Shown: positions 30,171 through 40,154, counted from the first letter of the stretch. The stretch: DNA of 64,000 bases from Prevotellamassilia sp. (GCA_009775705.1 VSQE01000004.1:3838-67837); one strand, 5' to 3'. Made by a program: numbers and translations. Notes: generated by a model from the sequence alone, not told the origin.

Positions 30171-30620
30171 TTATGCTTCTTCAGCCACTACCTCAAAAGG
30201 AATTTCAACAGATACTTCCTTATGAAGTTTCACCGTAGCCTTGTAAGAACCTACTTCTTTCACGTCTTTGAGAATAATGGTCTTACGATCTATCTCGAAA
30301 CCGAGTTTACCGAGTTCTTCGGAAATATGCAAACTGTTGACCGAACCGTAAATGGCACCGGTAGCGCTCACCTTGGTTGCGATTCTGATAGTCTCGACAG
30401 CTCCGAGTTTCTCGGCCAGAGCCAAGGCATCATTCTTGATTTTTTCAAGTTTATGAGCACGCTGCTTCAGGTTCTCGGCCAAAACTTTCTTGGCGGACGG
30501 AGACGCGATTACAGCCTTGCCGGTAGGAATAAGGTAATTGCGACCATAACCGCTCTTCACGTTTACAATGTCGTCTTTGTAGCCCAGACCGACTACGTTT
30601 TCTTTCAAAATGAGTTCCAT
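30171..30620 (-). CDS. rplI: 50S ribosomal protein L9
   Basis: MELILKENVVGLGYKDDIVNVKSGYGRNYLIP. Confidence 0.93.
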   Translation of the reverse strand: MELILKENVVGLGYKDDIVNVKSGYGRNYLIPTGKAVIASPSAKKVLAENLKQRAHKLEKIKNDALALAEKLGAVETIRIATKVSATGAIYGSVNSLHISEELGKLGFEIDRKTIILKDVKEVGSYKATVKLHKEVSVEIPFEVVAEEA

Positions 30621-30639
30621 ATCTTATACCTCCACGTTT

Positions 30640-30909
30640 TTATTTCATCAAATCGGTTACGAAGGGAAGCAGAGCCAGCTGACGCGCTCTTTTTACGGCC
30701 TGAGCCACACGACGCTGATACTTCAAAGAGGTACCGGTGATACGACGGGGCAGGATCTTACCCTGTTCATTCAGGAATTTTTTGAGGAACTCGGGATCTT
30801 TATAGTCAATGTACTTGATTCCGCTCTTTTTGAAACGGCAGTATTTTTTCTTTTTGACATCTACTGAAGGCGGGGTCAAATATCTGATTTCGGATTGTGC
30901 TTGTGCCAT
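30640..30909 (-). CDS. rpsR: 30S ribosomal protein S18
   Basis: [19 protein letters not shown]...ILPRRITG. Confidence 0.93.
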   Translation of the reverse strand: MAQAQSEIRYLTPPSVDVKKKKYCRFKKSGIKYIDYKDPEFLKKFLNEQGKILPRRITGTSLKYQRRVAQAVKRARQLALLPFVTDLMK

Positions 30910-30912
30910 TGC

Positions 30913-31254
30913 TTAGTCCTCCTTGTTTGCTTTTTTGTTACGACGTTTTTCTGCATACAGAGCAGCATACTTCTCCATTTTCACGGTAAGGAAACGGATG
31001 ACGCGCTCGTCACGGCGATAGCCAACTTCGAGTTTGTCTACCACTTCGGGAGCGGCCTTGAACTCAATGAGCTGATAAAAACCGGTGGATTTTTTCTGAA
31101 TGGGATAAGCCATCTTCTTGAGGCCCCAGCTTTCTTCATTGATAATCTCGGCGCCTTCGGCGGTGAGAATACCCTTGAATTTTTCGACCGTCTCCTTCAT
31201 CTGTTGGTCAGATAAAACGGGAGTCATAATGAAAACGGTCTCGTACTGATTCAT
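30913..31254 (-). CDS. rpsF: 30S ribosomal protein S6
   Basis: Start at [16 protein letters not shown] (31254; an adjacent ATG at 31257 is also possible). Confidence 0.9.
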   Translation of the reverse strand: MNQYETVFIMTPVLSDQQMKETVEKFKGILTAEGAEIINEESWGLKKMAYPIQKKSTGFYQLIEFKAAPEVVDKLEVGYRRDERVIRFLTVKMEKYAALYAEKRRNKKANKED

Positions 31255-31300
31255 CATACGGATAAATTGATTAATTATTAGATTTTGCAAAATTGCGGTG

Positions 31301-31308
31301 CAAATTTA
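31301..31308 (-). promoter_or_regulatory. candidate -7 box for the rpsF-rpsR-rplI operon
   Basis: Minus strand TAAATTTG, ~45 nt upstream of the rpsF start. Confidence 0.45.
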
Positions 31309-31375
31309 CACATATTTTATTACATGACAAAAAGTTTTTTCTTTTTATCTATACAGAAAAGGGTGTCGCCACCAT

Positions 31376-31427
31376 AAAAAGCCGGCAGGCACCCTTTTCG
31401 AAAAAAAGAAAAGGAGATACCTGCCGG
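31376..31427 (-). terminator. intrinsic terminator after the ROK kinase gene
   Basis: CCGGCAGG ... CCTGCCGG stem followed by CTTTTT on the minus strand. Confidence 0.5.
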
Positions 31428-31465
31428 AAAACGTACCTAATTGTTCCACGGGACAAGAGGAATTG

Positions 31466-32434
31466 TCATTCCCAGCCCAGCGCACTGGCTCCGAGCACAG
31501 CGGCCTCACTACCGTTGAGAGCGGACACCAGAAGCTTTGCCTTGTTCTTGTAGAGCGAAAGGATATTCTCGTCGTAAGCCTTACGGAGAGGTTCCATCAG
31601 ATAATCGCCGGCTTTGGTCAGACCGCCGAAGAAGACAAAGGCTTCGGGAGAATTGAAGGTGGCGAAATCGGCACAGGCCGTACCAAGCAGTTTGCCGGTA
31701 AACTCAAAGATTTCAAGAGCTACGGCATCGCCGGCCTCGGCGGCCTGGAACACATCAAACGATGTGATTTCTGCCGGATTAAGTTCGCGGAGCTTGCTCG
31801 GCAATGTGCTTTTCTCCAGCATCTCGCGGGCTGTACGGGCCACACCCGTAGCCGAACAGTAGGTTTCAAGACAGCCACTACGACCGCAGCCACAGGAACG
31901 GCCCTCGGAGGTATGGTCCACAACCAGGTGGCCCAGCTCACCTGCAAAGCCGTCACTTCCGTACACTACTTTTCCGTCCACAACGATACCGCTGCCCACA
32001 CCGGTGCCCAGCGTTATCATGATGAAGTTCTTCATTCCCCGTGCCACGCCGTAGGTCATCTCTCCCATCGCAGCGGCGTTCGCATCATTGGTCACACGGA
32101 CGGGGATGCCCAGAGCTTCCTGAAAAAGCTGTGCGATGGGTACCACTCCGGGCCAGGCCAGATTGGCGGCATGCTCAATGTTTCCGGTATAAAAGTTACC
32201 ATTGGGAGCGCCGATCCCCATACCTCTGACTTGCTCTATGCCCCCAATCACGTCCAGCGCCGGTTGCAGAGCTTCCACCGCAGCTGCCACATAGTCGTGT
32301 ACATCCGGGTAGGCTTTGGTCTTGATGGCGGTCTGCGCTTTGATGGTTCCTCGCTGGTCCACTATTCCGAAGATGGAATTAGTCCCTCCCATATCCAGAC
32401 CGATTACATAAGGTTTTTCTGCTTCGTTTTCCAT
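31466..32434 (-). CDS. ROK family sugar kinase (glucokinase-like)
   Basis: Likely start MENEAEKPYVIGLDMGGTN; ROK zinc motif CGCGRSGCLE. Confidence 0.8.
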   Translation of the reverse strand: MENEAEKPYVIGLDMGGTNSIFGIVDQRGTIKAQTAIKTKAYPDVHDYVAAAVEALQPALDVIGGIEQVRGMGIGAPNGNFYTGNIEHAANLAWPGVVPIAQLFQEALGIPVRVTNDANAAAMGEMTYGVARGMKNFIMITLGTGVGSGIVVDGKVVYGSDGFAGELGHLVVDHTSEGRSCGCGRSGCLETYCSATGVARTAREMLEKSTLPSKLRELNPAEITSFDVFQAAEAGDAVALEIFEFTGKLLGTACADFATFNSPEAFVFFGGLTKAGDYLMEPLRKAYDENILSLYKNKAKLLVSALNGSEAAVLGASALGWE

Positions 32435-32589
32435 AATTCCGTATATTTTGACATTAGATTTGTTACCGCACAAATATACAGATTTATTTTATAATCGACA
32501 AATTATTAATACCCGTAAGTCTGTCCGCCTGCTAAAATTCAGAACAAAGTTTCGGTTTCTCATAAAAAAATACGAAATTTGCAAACAGT

Positions 32590-33255
32590 ATGGATATTTT
32601 CGCAGAATTCGGCAGTACGATCCAACTGTTCCTGAAAGGCTTGCTGGTAGGCATCATCGCTTCGGCTCCCATGGGGCCGGTAGGCATCCTTTGCATCCAG
32701 CGCACGATGCAGAAAGGGCGCATATACGGGCTTGCCACCGGGGCCGGCGCCACCCTCAGCGACATCATATATGCCTTGATGACCGGCTGGGGCATGGCCT
32801 TTGTCATGGACTTCATCGACAACGAGCGGAACATTTTCTGGATGAAACTCATCGGCAGCGTGATGCTCTTCATTTTCGGCATCTACATGTTCCGCACGGA
32901 TCCCCGCAAATGCATCCGGCCCGTGTCGAACAACAAAGGCACACTGTTCCATAATTTCTTCACATCGTTTCTCGTCACGCTGTCCAACCCGTTGATCATT
33001 TTCCTGTTTCTGGCGTTGTTCAACATGTTCACGTTTGTCATTCCGGGTAACCTGTTCGGGCAATGTGTGGGCTACGTCTCCATCGTGGCTGGCGCAATGC
33101 TGTGGTGGGTAGGCCTGACGTATGTCATCAACCGCATGAGAAGGAACTTCGGCCTGCGGGGCATTCTCCGCCTGAACCGCTCTATCGGAACCATCGTGCT
33201 GGCCGCTTCCGTCATATACGCCATCATGACACTGTTCCACCTGTCGCTCTACTGA
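32590..33255 (+). CDS. LysE/RhtB family amino-acid exporter
   Basis: 221 aa, 5-6 TM segments, N-terminal GLLVGIIASAPMGPVG motif region. Confidence 0.7.
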   Translation: MDIFAEFGSTIQLFLKGLLVGIIASAPMGPVGILCIQRTMQKGRIYGLATGAGATLSDIIYALMTGWGMAFVMDFIDNERNIFWMKLIGSVMLFIFGIYMFRTDPRKCIRPVSNNKGTLFHNFFTSFLVTLSNPLIIFLFLALFNMFTFVIPGNLFGQCVGYVSIVAGAMLWWVGLTYVINRMRRNFGLRGILRLNRSIGTIVLAASVIYAIMTLFHLSLY

Positions 33256-33311
33256 ACGAACCTCCACGGAACAAGCCTGTATTTTCCTTTATAGACAAAA
33301 AGACTGACAAG

Positions 33312-33854
33312 ATGATCATAGCCGACCAATTACGCCCAAAGAACCTGACGGAATACCTGCTCTACATGTGGCAGGTGGAAGACATCCTGCGCGCCTACGG
33401 CTGCGACTCGGAACTCCTGAGAAAGGAATACCTCAGCCGTTTCGAGCTGGACGACAGCTGCCGTCGGAAAACGGAACAATGGTATGCCGACCTGTGTGAG
33501 ATGATGCGGACGGAAGGCAAAACGGAACACGGACATTTGCAGATCAACCTGAACACACAGCAGAAACTGACGGAACTGCACGACCGTCTGCTCCGCTCTT
33601 CCCACTTTCCCTACTACCGTGAAATGTACTACAAGGTACTGCCCTATATTGTGGAACTGCGCACCAAGCATGCCGACCACGAGGCGGGAGAATTACAGAT
33701 TTGTCTGGAAATGCTCTACGGGCTCCTGCTGCTACGCCTGCAAAAAAAAGAAATATCTCCGGAAACCGAACGCTCGGCAAAAGACATCTCCACTCTGCTC
33801 GGACAACTCTCCGACTATTACCGGAAAGACCAGGAGGCTCCGCTGGAACTGTAA
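33312..33854 (+). CDS. DUF4924-like conserved hypothetical protein
   Basis: Start at ATG 33312 (MIIADQLRPKNLTEYLLYMWQVEDILRA); soluble, helical. Confidence 0.5.
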   Translation: MIIADQLRPKNLTEYLLYMWQVEDILRAYGCDSELLRKEYLSRFELDDSCRRKTEQWYADLCEMMRTEGKTEHGHLQINLNTQQKLTELHDRLLRSSHFPYYREMYYKVLPYIVELRTKHADHEAGELQICLEMLYGLLLLRLQKKEISPETERSAKDISTLLGQLSDYYRKDQEAPLEL

Positions 33855-33922
33855 GCAATGCCCTGCCATGCCTCTTCCATCGCCTCAACGGTTGCAAATA
33901 TAAAAACACCATACAAAAAAAG

Positions 33923-34777
33923 ATGAAACAAATACTCGTCACCGGCCACCGCGGACAGCTGGGCAACGAAATGCAGTTGCTCGCCCCGCTGTATGCGGAC
34001 TCCTGCCACTTCCTGTTTACGGACAAGGATGAACTGGACATCACGGACCGCAAGGCCGTCTATGCCTTTATCGAAGAGCATGCGGTGAACATCGTCATCA
34101 ATTGTGCCGCCTATACGGCCGTTGACAAAGCCGAAAGCGAGCCGGAACTCTGCGAACTGCTGAATCATACCGCCCCAGGCTATCTGGCGGAAGCCGTCGC
34201 ATCGGTCGGAGGCACTATGATACAGATCTCAACGGACTATGTTTTTGACGGAACAGGACACATTCCTTACCGCGAAGACGATCCCACCTGCCCCAACACG
34301 GTGTACGGCCGCACGAAACTGGCCGGTGAGGAAGCCGTCATCCGCACCTGCCCCGGATCAATGGTAATCCGCACGGCATGGCTCTACTCTACTTTCGGCA
34401 ACAACTTTGTCAAGACCATGCTACGTCTCGGCAAGGAACGGGAATCACTGGGGGTAATCTTCGACCAGATAGGATCGCCCACCTATGCCCGCGACCTTGC
34501 CCGCGCCATCATGACGGCCGTCGAACAAGGTATCGTGCCGGGGGTCTACCATTTCACGAACGAAGGTGTCTGTTCCTGGTACGACTTCACACGCACCATT
34601 CACCGCATGGCCGGCATCGCCTCCTGCCACGTACGCCCGCTCCACACGGAAGAATATCCCGCACCGGCACCCCGACCGCACTATTCGGTACTCGACAAGT
34701 CCAAAATCAAGGAGACTTACGGAATAGACATCCCCTGGTGGGAGGATTCGCTGCGCGATTGCCTGAAGAACCTCTGA
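33923..34777 (+). CDS. rfbD: dTDP-4-dehydrorhamnose reductase
   Basis: Start at ATG 33923 (MKQILVTGHRGQLG); RmlD-like throughout (NCAAYTAVDKAE, STDYVFDG). Confidence 0.88.
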   Translation: MKQILVTGHRGQLGNEMQLLAPLYADSCHFLFTDKDELDITDRKAVYAFIEEHAVNIVINCAAYTAVDKAESEPELCELLNHTAPGYLAEAVASVGGTMIQISTDYVFDGTGHIPYREDDPTCPNTVYGRTKLAGEEAVIRTCPGSMVIRTAWLYSTFGNNFVKTMLRLGKERESLGVIFDQIGSPTYARDLARAIMTAVEQGIVPGVYHFTNEGVCSWYDFTRTIHRMAGIASCHVRPLHTEEYPAPAPRPHYSVLDKSKIKETYGIDIPWWEDSLRDCLKNL

Positions 34778-34866
34778 CAAACCCATTCCGCACGGCATAC
34801 TAAAACACTCAGGGCTTCCCCGTCACGGTGGAAGCCCTGAGTGTTTTTATAACGTCTATTCCGTTC

Positions 34867-36054
34867 TTACTTGATGATTTCCAGTTCCTTGAACACCTTG
34901 GAAAGAGCAGCGACCGCCCTGTCCACCTGTTCTTTGGTATGGGTGGCCATCAACGCCACGCGCACCAGTGTGTCCTGCGGTGCGCAGGCGGGCGGAATCA
35001 CCGGATTGATGAACACTCCTTCATCGAAGGCACGGGCCGTAGCCACAAATGTCTTCTCCGGATCGCGCACATACAACGGGATTATGGGCGACTCCGTCTC
35101 ACCGATCTCAAAGCCGGCTTCGCGGAAACGCTTCAGCGCATAGTTCGTCACGTCCCACAAAGCCTGAATGCGTTCCGGTTCCCGTTGCAGGATGTGCAAA
35201 GCCTCCATGGCTGCCGCTGTTGCCGCAGGTGTATTCGAAGCACTGAATATATAGGTGCGGGCCGTATGGCGCAGCCAGTTGATGATGGACTTGTCGGCCG
35301 CGATGAAACCGCCGATGCTGGCCAGCGACTTGCTGAACGTTCCCATGATGAGATCCACATCGTCTGTCAGGCCGAAATGATCGCAGACACCACGTCCGTC
35401 ACGGCCGAACACTCCGATGCCGTGGGCCTCGTCAACCATGACGGTGGCATTGTATTTTTTCTTCAGACGGATAATTTCGGGAAGATTGGCCAGATCGCCT
35501 TCCATGGAGAACACGCCGTCCACAACAATCAGCTTGACGGCCTCGGGGGCACACTTCTGTAGCTGGCGCTCCAGATCGGCCATGTCATTGTGCTTGTACT
35601 TCAGGTTCGTCGAGAATGACAAACGCCGGCCGTCCACGATCGAAGCATGATCGCGGTCGTCACAGATGATATAATCCTCCCGACCGGTCAGGCAGGCGAT
35701 GACTCCGGCATTGACTGTAAATCCGGTAGAAAAACAAAGGGCTTCGTCCTTACCCACAAACTCGGCCAATTCGCGCTCCAGCTCCACATGCAGGTCAAGC
35801 GTCCCGTTGAGAAAACGGGAGCCGGCACAGCCCGCTCCATACTGGCGCAAGGCTTTCACTCCGGCCTCGATGACACGCTCGTCACCCGTCAGGCCCGTAT
35901 AGGCGTTAGACCCGAACATCAGGACCTTATGTCCCCCCATTTCTACCTCGGTGCCTTGTTTCCCCTCTATCTCGCGGAAATAAGGATACACTCCTTTTTC
36001 CATATATTGCTGGGGCAACGTGTACTTCGCCAATCTGTCTTGTAATATTCCCAT
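34867..36054 (-). CDS. spt: serine palmitoyltransferase (alpha-oxoamine synthase family)
   Basis: Start at ATG 36054 (MGILQDRLAKYTLPQQYMEKGVYPYFREIEGKQGTEVEMGGH). This closely resembles Bacteroides SPT as I recall it. PLP lysine motif GTFSKSL. Confidence 0.85.
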   Translation of the reverse strand: MGILQDRLAKYTLPQQYMEKGVYPYFREIEGKQGTEVEMGGHKVLMFGSNAYTGLTGDERVIEAGVKALRQYGAGCAGSRFLNGTLDLHVELERELAEFVGKDEALCFSTGFTVNAGVIACLTGREDYIICDDRDHASIVDGRRLSFSTNLKYKHNDMADLERQLQKCAPEAVKLIVVDGVFSMEGDLANLPEIIRLKKKYNATVMVDEAHGIGVFGRDGRGVCDHFGLTDDVDLIMGTFSKSLASIGGFIAADKSIINWLRHTARTYIFSASNTPAATAAAMEALHILQREPERIQALWDVTNYALKRFREAGFEIGETESPIIPLYVRDPEKTFVATARAFDEGVFINPVIPPACAPQDTLVRVALMATHTKEQVDRAVAALSKVFKELEIIK

Positions 36055-36126
36055 ATTATAATAATGAATACAGACCTTGCAGCCTGCGGACGGCTGTCCG
36101 CAACTTCCCGGCCTTAAAAAACGCAG

Positions 36127-36134
36127 CAAAGATA
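36127..36134 (-). promoter_or_regulatory. candidate -7 box for spt
   Basis: Minus strand TATCTTTG, ~70 nt upstream of the spt ATG. The 5'UTR would contain hairpin TGCGGAC-AGCC-GTCCGCA. Confidence 0.4.
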
Positions 36135-36194
36135 CGCATTTTATTAATAATATTTCCTATTTGCTAAAAAAAACAACTTCCCGACTTGGTGGCA

Positions 36195-36229
36195 AACCGA
36201 AAAACACAATTGCCAAAACCGAAAAACAC
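36195..36229 (+). promoter_or_regulatory. direct repeat AACCGAAAAACAC x2 (22-bp phasing) upstream of the lipid kinase promoter
   Basis: Copies at 36195-36207 and 36217-36229, 45-85 nt upstream of the TAAGTTTG box. Confidence 0.35.
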
Positions 36230-36271
36230 CAACACGGCACAGGGAGATTTCCATCTTCGGATTTTTTTTGC

Positions 36272-36279
36272 TAAGTTTG
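36272..36279 (+). promoter_or_regulatory. candidate -7 box for the lipid kinase gene
   Basis: TAAGTTTG, 47 nt upstream of the ATG at 36326. Confidence 0.45.
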
Positions 36280-36325
36280 CAGTCCCGAGAATGTGCATTC
36301 ATCCCCGAACAGAGAGAGAACCAAT

Positions 36326-37351
36326 ATGAGCAAAAAGCGGATACTTTTTATCGTCAATCCCATTTCCGGAACAGGCAAGAAAGACGCAGCCCTACGTAGT
36401 GTAGAGAAATATCTGGACAAAGAACGCTTCGACTACGAGATACGTCCCACGACCCATGCCGGACATGCCGCTGAAATGGCCGCCGCAGCCGCCCGTTCGG
36501 GGACAGACATCGTCGCGGCCATCGGCGGCGACGGAACCGTCAACGAAGTGGCCCGCTCACTGGTCCATACTCCAACAGCGTTGGCCATCATTCCCTGCGG
36601 CTCAGGCAATGGACTGGCCCGACACCTGCAAATCCCCATGCAGCCGGCCCGCGCTGTCGGCATCATCAACCGTGCCACCATCCATTCGCTTGACTACGGG
36701 CGCATCAACGGCCGGCCGTTTTTCTGTACGTGCGGCGTGGGGTTCGATGCTTTCGTCAGCCTGAAATTTGCCGCTGCCGGCCGGCGCGGACCGCTGTCCT
36801 ATGTGGAAAACACCGTCCGCGAGGGGCTGACCTATCGCCCCGAGACCTATAAGATACAGATCGACGGGAACGAAAAGCTGCACGAGGCCTTCCTCATTGC
36901 CTGCGCCAACGCCTCGCAATACGGCAACAACGCTTTCATCGCCCCCCACGCCTCGATGAAGGACGGCCTGATGGATGTCATCATCATCTCGCCCTTCGCC
37001 CTGTTCGAAGCACCGCAAATAGCACTGGGACTTTTCAACAAAAAGCTGGCCAACAACAGCCACGTGGAAACACTACAGGCCCGGCACATACGCATCACGC
37101 GCCCCACGGAAGGGGCCGCCCACTGCGACGGGGATCCCTTCATGACGGGAAGAACCATAGAAGTGGAACTGATCAGAAACAGTTTCAACGCAGTGGTGAA
37201 CCCCGAGGCCCACACCAAGCACAAGAGTTTCATCCTCAGTCTCGCCGAGAGCTTCAGTTCTCCGGCGCGCCTACAGGCGGAAATCATGCAGGCGCTGAAA
37301 AATTCAGGAGAATCCACCCGCACCTTCATCCGTAAACTCACGAATCTGTAA
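36326..37351 (+). CDS. diacylglycerol/lipid kinase family protein (YegS/BmrU-like)
   Basis: Start at ATG 36326 (MSKKRILFIVNPISGTGK); GGDGTVNEV motif; divergent from spt. Confidence 0.8.
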   Translation: MSKKRILFIVNPISGTGKKDAALRSVEKYLDKERFDYEIRPTTHAGHAAEMAAAAARSGTDIVAAIGGDGTVNEVARSLVHTPTALAIIPCGSGNGLARHLQIPMQPARAVGIINRATIHSLDYGRINGRPFFCTCGVGFDAFVSLKFAAAGRRGPLSYVENTVREGLTYRPETYKIQIDGNEKLHEAFLIACANASQYGNNAFIAPHASMKDGLMDVIIISPFALFEAPQIALGLFNKKLANNSHVETLQARHIRITRPTEGAAHCDGDPFMTGRTIEVELIRNSFNAVVNPEAHTKHKSFILSLAESFSSPARLQAEIMQALKNSGESTRTFIRKLTNL

Positions 37352-37419
37352 ATCCTTTTTTCCGTTGCCAGCGTCCGCCCAAAACCTCTTCCCGGATTCA
37401 AGAAAAAGGGGCCTCGTCG

Positions 37420-37525
37420 TTTCACGTTTAGCATCGTTTAAGAAAACAGGCGTTTCCGCCCAAATGTAAACGTAGGTTAATCAACATTTGGGTTTCGCCC
37501 CTTAGAGTCAAGAACGAAGTGCAAA
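37420..37525. repeat. possible degenerate, rearranged remnant of the ~260-bp module
   Basis: TTTCACGTTTAGCATCG...CCGCCC resembles the module plus strand. The following AAATGTAAACGTAGGTTAATCAACATTTGGGTTTCGCCCC resembles the reverse complement of the module right end. Confidence 0.3.
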
Positions 37526-37585
37526 AAATTCTGTTCAGAATTATTACTGTCGGCTAAACCGTAAAGAAGGGAAAAATCCGCAGAA

Positions 37586-38539
37586 TCAGACCATACGCAC
37601 CTCATCCAGATTGACCAGCTTGTTCACAATGGCATAAATGGTCAGACCGCTCACCGAATGGATATTCAACTTTCGGGAAATGTTCTTGCGATGCGTCAGC
37701 ACGGTATTGACGGAAATGAACAACTTCCCGGCCACCTCCTTGTTGGTCATGCCTCTTACGACACATCCCACAATCTCGCGTTCGCGCTCGCTGAGTGCTT
37801 CTTGCGGAGCCTGACGGTCGGCATCGGGCGTTTCCGCCTCTGTGCTCATGACCGCCACCTGCTGTTCCAGCCGCTGAACGGCTGGAACAAAAAGAACGTC
37901 CTCCACCTCACAGTGCAGCCGCAAATCAGTCTCGCAATTGAAAATGTCAAAAAGAACGTTGTTCAGCAAATCGGCAGTGTCGGCTACGGCGTAGTATTTG
38001 ATGATGATGTTTTTCAGTTCCTGCAATTTCTTGTCTATGCCCACATGGCTCCGGGCAAACTGCGCGATCTCGAAACCGCACGTCCTGCGACCGGCTTGCA
38101 AAGAGTTGACGTAGGTAAAGATCTTGTGGTTCTCGTGTTCCATGTGCCGGCGCACATCGCCCATATACTCGTCATAGAACTTCAGAATGAGATAGGCCAC
38201 TTCGTTTTTCTGCGAGCAGTCGATGGCCTCGATGAGTTTGCGACGGATGGCGGGCAACTGGAAGTTCAGGAAATAATTGTGTGCCTGACCGAGATAGGCC
38301 ACCAAAGCCTGGACCGAAACGTTCTCCACATAATAGGGGGCAATCTCTGCCCCAAACTTCATACAGTTGGCCACAGCCAGAAACGTAGGCGCATGCACCT
38401 GATGCTCCCCACACACCTCGCCCACGGTCTTGTCTCCCACACCGAGGGGTATACCGAAACGGCTCATCATCTGCAACAGGGAAGGCTCGTCACAGATGAC
38501 ATCACACATTTTATCCGTCTCGCGATAATTTACCGACAT
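37586..38539 (-). CDS. LuxR-family transcriptional regulator with hemerythrin/RIC-like N-terminal sensor region
   Basis: C-terminal LuxR HTH LSEREREIVGCVVRGMTNKEVAGKLFISVNTVLTHRKNI. N-terminal His/Glu motifs HNYF, HMEHENHKIF and HCEVEDVLFVP. Confidence 0.7.
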   Translation of the reverse strand: MSVNYRETDKMCDVICDEPSLLQMMSRFGIPLGVGDKTVGEVCGEHQVHAPTFLAVANCMKFGAEIAPYYVENVSVQALVAYLGQAHNYFLNFQLPAIRRKLIEAIDCSQKNEVAYLILKFYDEYMGDVRRHMEHENHKIFTYVNSLQAGRRTCGFEIAQFARSHVGIDKKLQELKNIIIKYYAVADTADLLNNVLFDIFNCETDLRLHCEVEDVLFVPAVQRLEQQVAVMSTEAETPDADRQAPQEALSEREREIVGCVVRGMTNKEVAGKLFISVNTVLTHRKNISRKLNIHSVSGLTIYAIVNKLVNLDEVRMV

Positions 38540-38564
38540 AACTCTCAGAACTATATTCTGCCGG

Positions 38565-38572
38565 CAAATTTA
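38565..38572 (-). promoter_or_regulatory. candidate -7 box for the LuxR regulator
   Basis: Minus strand TAAATTTG, 26 nt upstream of the ATG at 38539. Confidence 0.4.
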
Positions 38573-38711
38573 CCGCTTTCCCACGACATTCCACATACCC
38601 ACTTCCGGGTATTTTGTAGTAAAAAATTGTGATTTCGCCCGAAGGCCGTCCTCCCCTGCCCTTCCTCCATTTTACCGTTTTCTTGCGATTGACCGGCCTT
38701 TGCATTTACTC

Positions 38712-38719
38712 TACCTTTG
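38712..38719 (+). promoter_or_regulatory. candidate -7 box for the porin-imelysin cluster
   Basis: TACCTTTG, ~43 nt upstream of the ATG at 38762. Confidence 0.4.
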
Positions 38720-38761
38720 CATCCGCAAACAAAAATTCACACACTGTGTTATATATTATAT

Positions 38762-40114
38762 ATGAATAAGGATATGAGAAAAAAAGCAATCCCGGCAGGC
38801 TGCCTTCTGGCCCTTTCACTGACAATGCTCCCGGTCTCGGCAAGCACGGTTCCTCCCGACTCGACAGGTTCCGCACAACCGGTACGGCATCAGACCTTCC
38901 GAAAAAGACTGACCATCGGCGGCTATGGCGAAGCCGTCATGACGCGCAACTTCTACAGCGACAGCTATCTGCGTTACACCGACCCCGAAAGCAAGAAAGA
39001 TGCCCAAAGCCACGGCCGCTTTGACCTGCCCCACGTGGTTCTCTACATAGGCTATGATTTCGGCAAAGGCTGGTCCATGGGTTCGGAAATAGAATTCGAG
39101 CACGGCGGGACGGAGAGTGCCGTAGAAGTGGAGAACGAAGAAGGCGGCGAATATGAAAGCGAAATCGAGCGCGGCGGCGAAGTGGCGCTGGAACAGTTCT
39201 GGATCCAGAAGTCCTTCTGCCCGCAACTGAACCTACGCATGGGACATATCATCGTGCCTGTGGGACAGACCAACAGCCATCACATGCCCACCGAGTTTTT
39301 CGGTGTATACCGTCCGGAAGGAGAAAACACCATCATGCCCTGCACCTGGCACGAAACGGGTATCTCCGTCTGGGGACAGACAAGATTATGGAACGAAGAA
39401 AGCAACCTGAGATACGAAGCCCTGTTCGTTTCCGGACTGGACAGCGAGCGTTTCGGCAGCAAGGGTTGGATTCATGACGGGTCGGCTTCGCCCTACGAGT
39501 TCAAAATAGCCAACACATACGCCGGCGCGGCCCGTCTGGACTTTGTCCCCTCACGGGGCATCCGTCTCTCGGCCAGCGGCTACGTGGGCAACTCTTTCCG
39601 CAACACGCTGCGGGAAACCGACAACGGCAAGAACAACGGCATCAAGGGAACTGTCGCTATCGGGTCCTTTGACTTTGCCGTAGACCGTGCCTCGTGGATT
39701 GTACGCGGCTATGCCGACTACGGACACCTCAGCGACGCGGCACACATCTCTGCCTTCAACCGCGGAATGCCGCAGGCCTCGCCCTCGGCCCATGAATATG
39801 TGGCATCCGATGCATACGCCGTAGGTATTGAGGCCGGTTTCGACCTGTTCTCCCTTTCCCGCAAACTGTCGGGAAAGGAGCGGAAACTCTATGTCTTCGG
39901 ACGGTATGACTCCTACGACTCCATGTATAAGACGGAAGGAAACACCCTGTCCTACGACTGGTGCGGCCGCCAGCGTCTGGCCGCCGGACTGAACTACAAG
40001 CCGATGCGCGACATCGTCATCAAGGGAGAATATGCCATCGGACTGCCCGGAAGCCGCTACGCCAACGAGCCGAGCGTCTCGATAGGTATCGCCTACGCCG
40101 GTTTCTTCCTGTAA
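38762..40114 (+). CDS. putative outer-membrane beta-barrel porin
   Basis: Start at MNKDMRKKAIPAGCLLALSLTMLPVSAS (signal peptide); alternating beta-strand pattern; C-terminal aromatic ...GIAYAGFFL. Confidence 0.55.
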   Translation: MNKDMRKKAIPAGCLLALSLTMLPVSASTVPPDSTGSAQPVRHQTFRKRLTIGGYGEAVMTRNFYSDSYLRYTDPESKKDAQSHGRFDLPHVVLYIGYDFGKGWSMGSEIEFEHGGTESAVEVENEEGGEYESEIERGGEVALEQFWIQKSFCPQLNLRMGHIIVPVGQTNSHHMPTEFFGVYRPEGENTIMPCTWHETGISVWGQTRLWNEESNLRYEALFVSGLDSERFGSKGWIHDGSASPYEFKIANTYAGAARLDFVPSRGIRLSASGYVGNSFRNTLRETDNGKNNGIKGTVAIGSFDFAVDRASWIVRGYADYGHLSDAAHISAFNRGMPQASPSAHEYVASDAYAVGIEAGFDLFSLSRKLSGKERKLYVFGRYDSYDSMYKTEGNTLSYDWCGRQRLAAGLNYKPMRDIVIKGEYAIGLPGSRYANEPSVSIGIAYAGFFL

Positions 40115-40154
40115 GGATTTATCAATTCACAAACTCATAAACCAACCGATCTCC

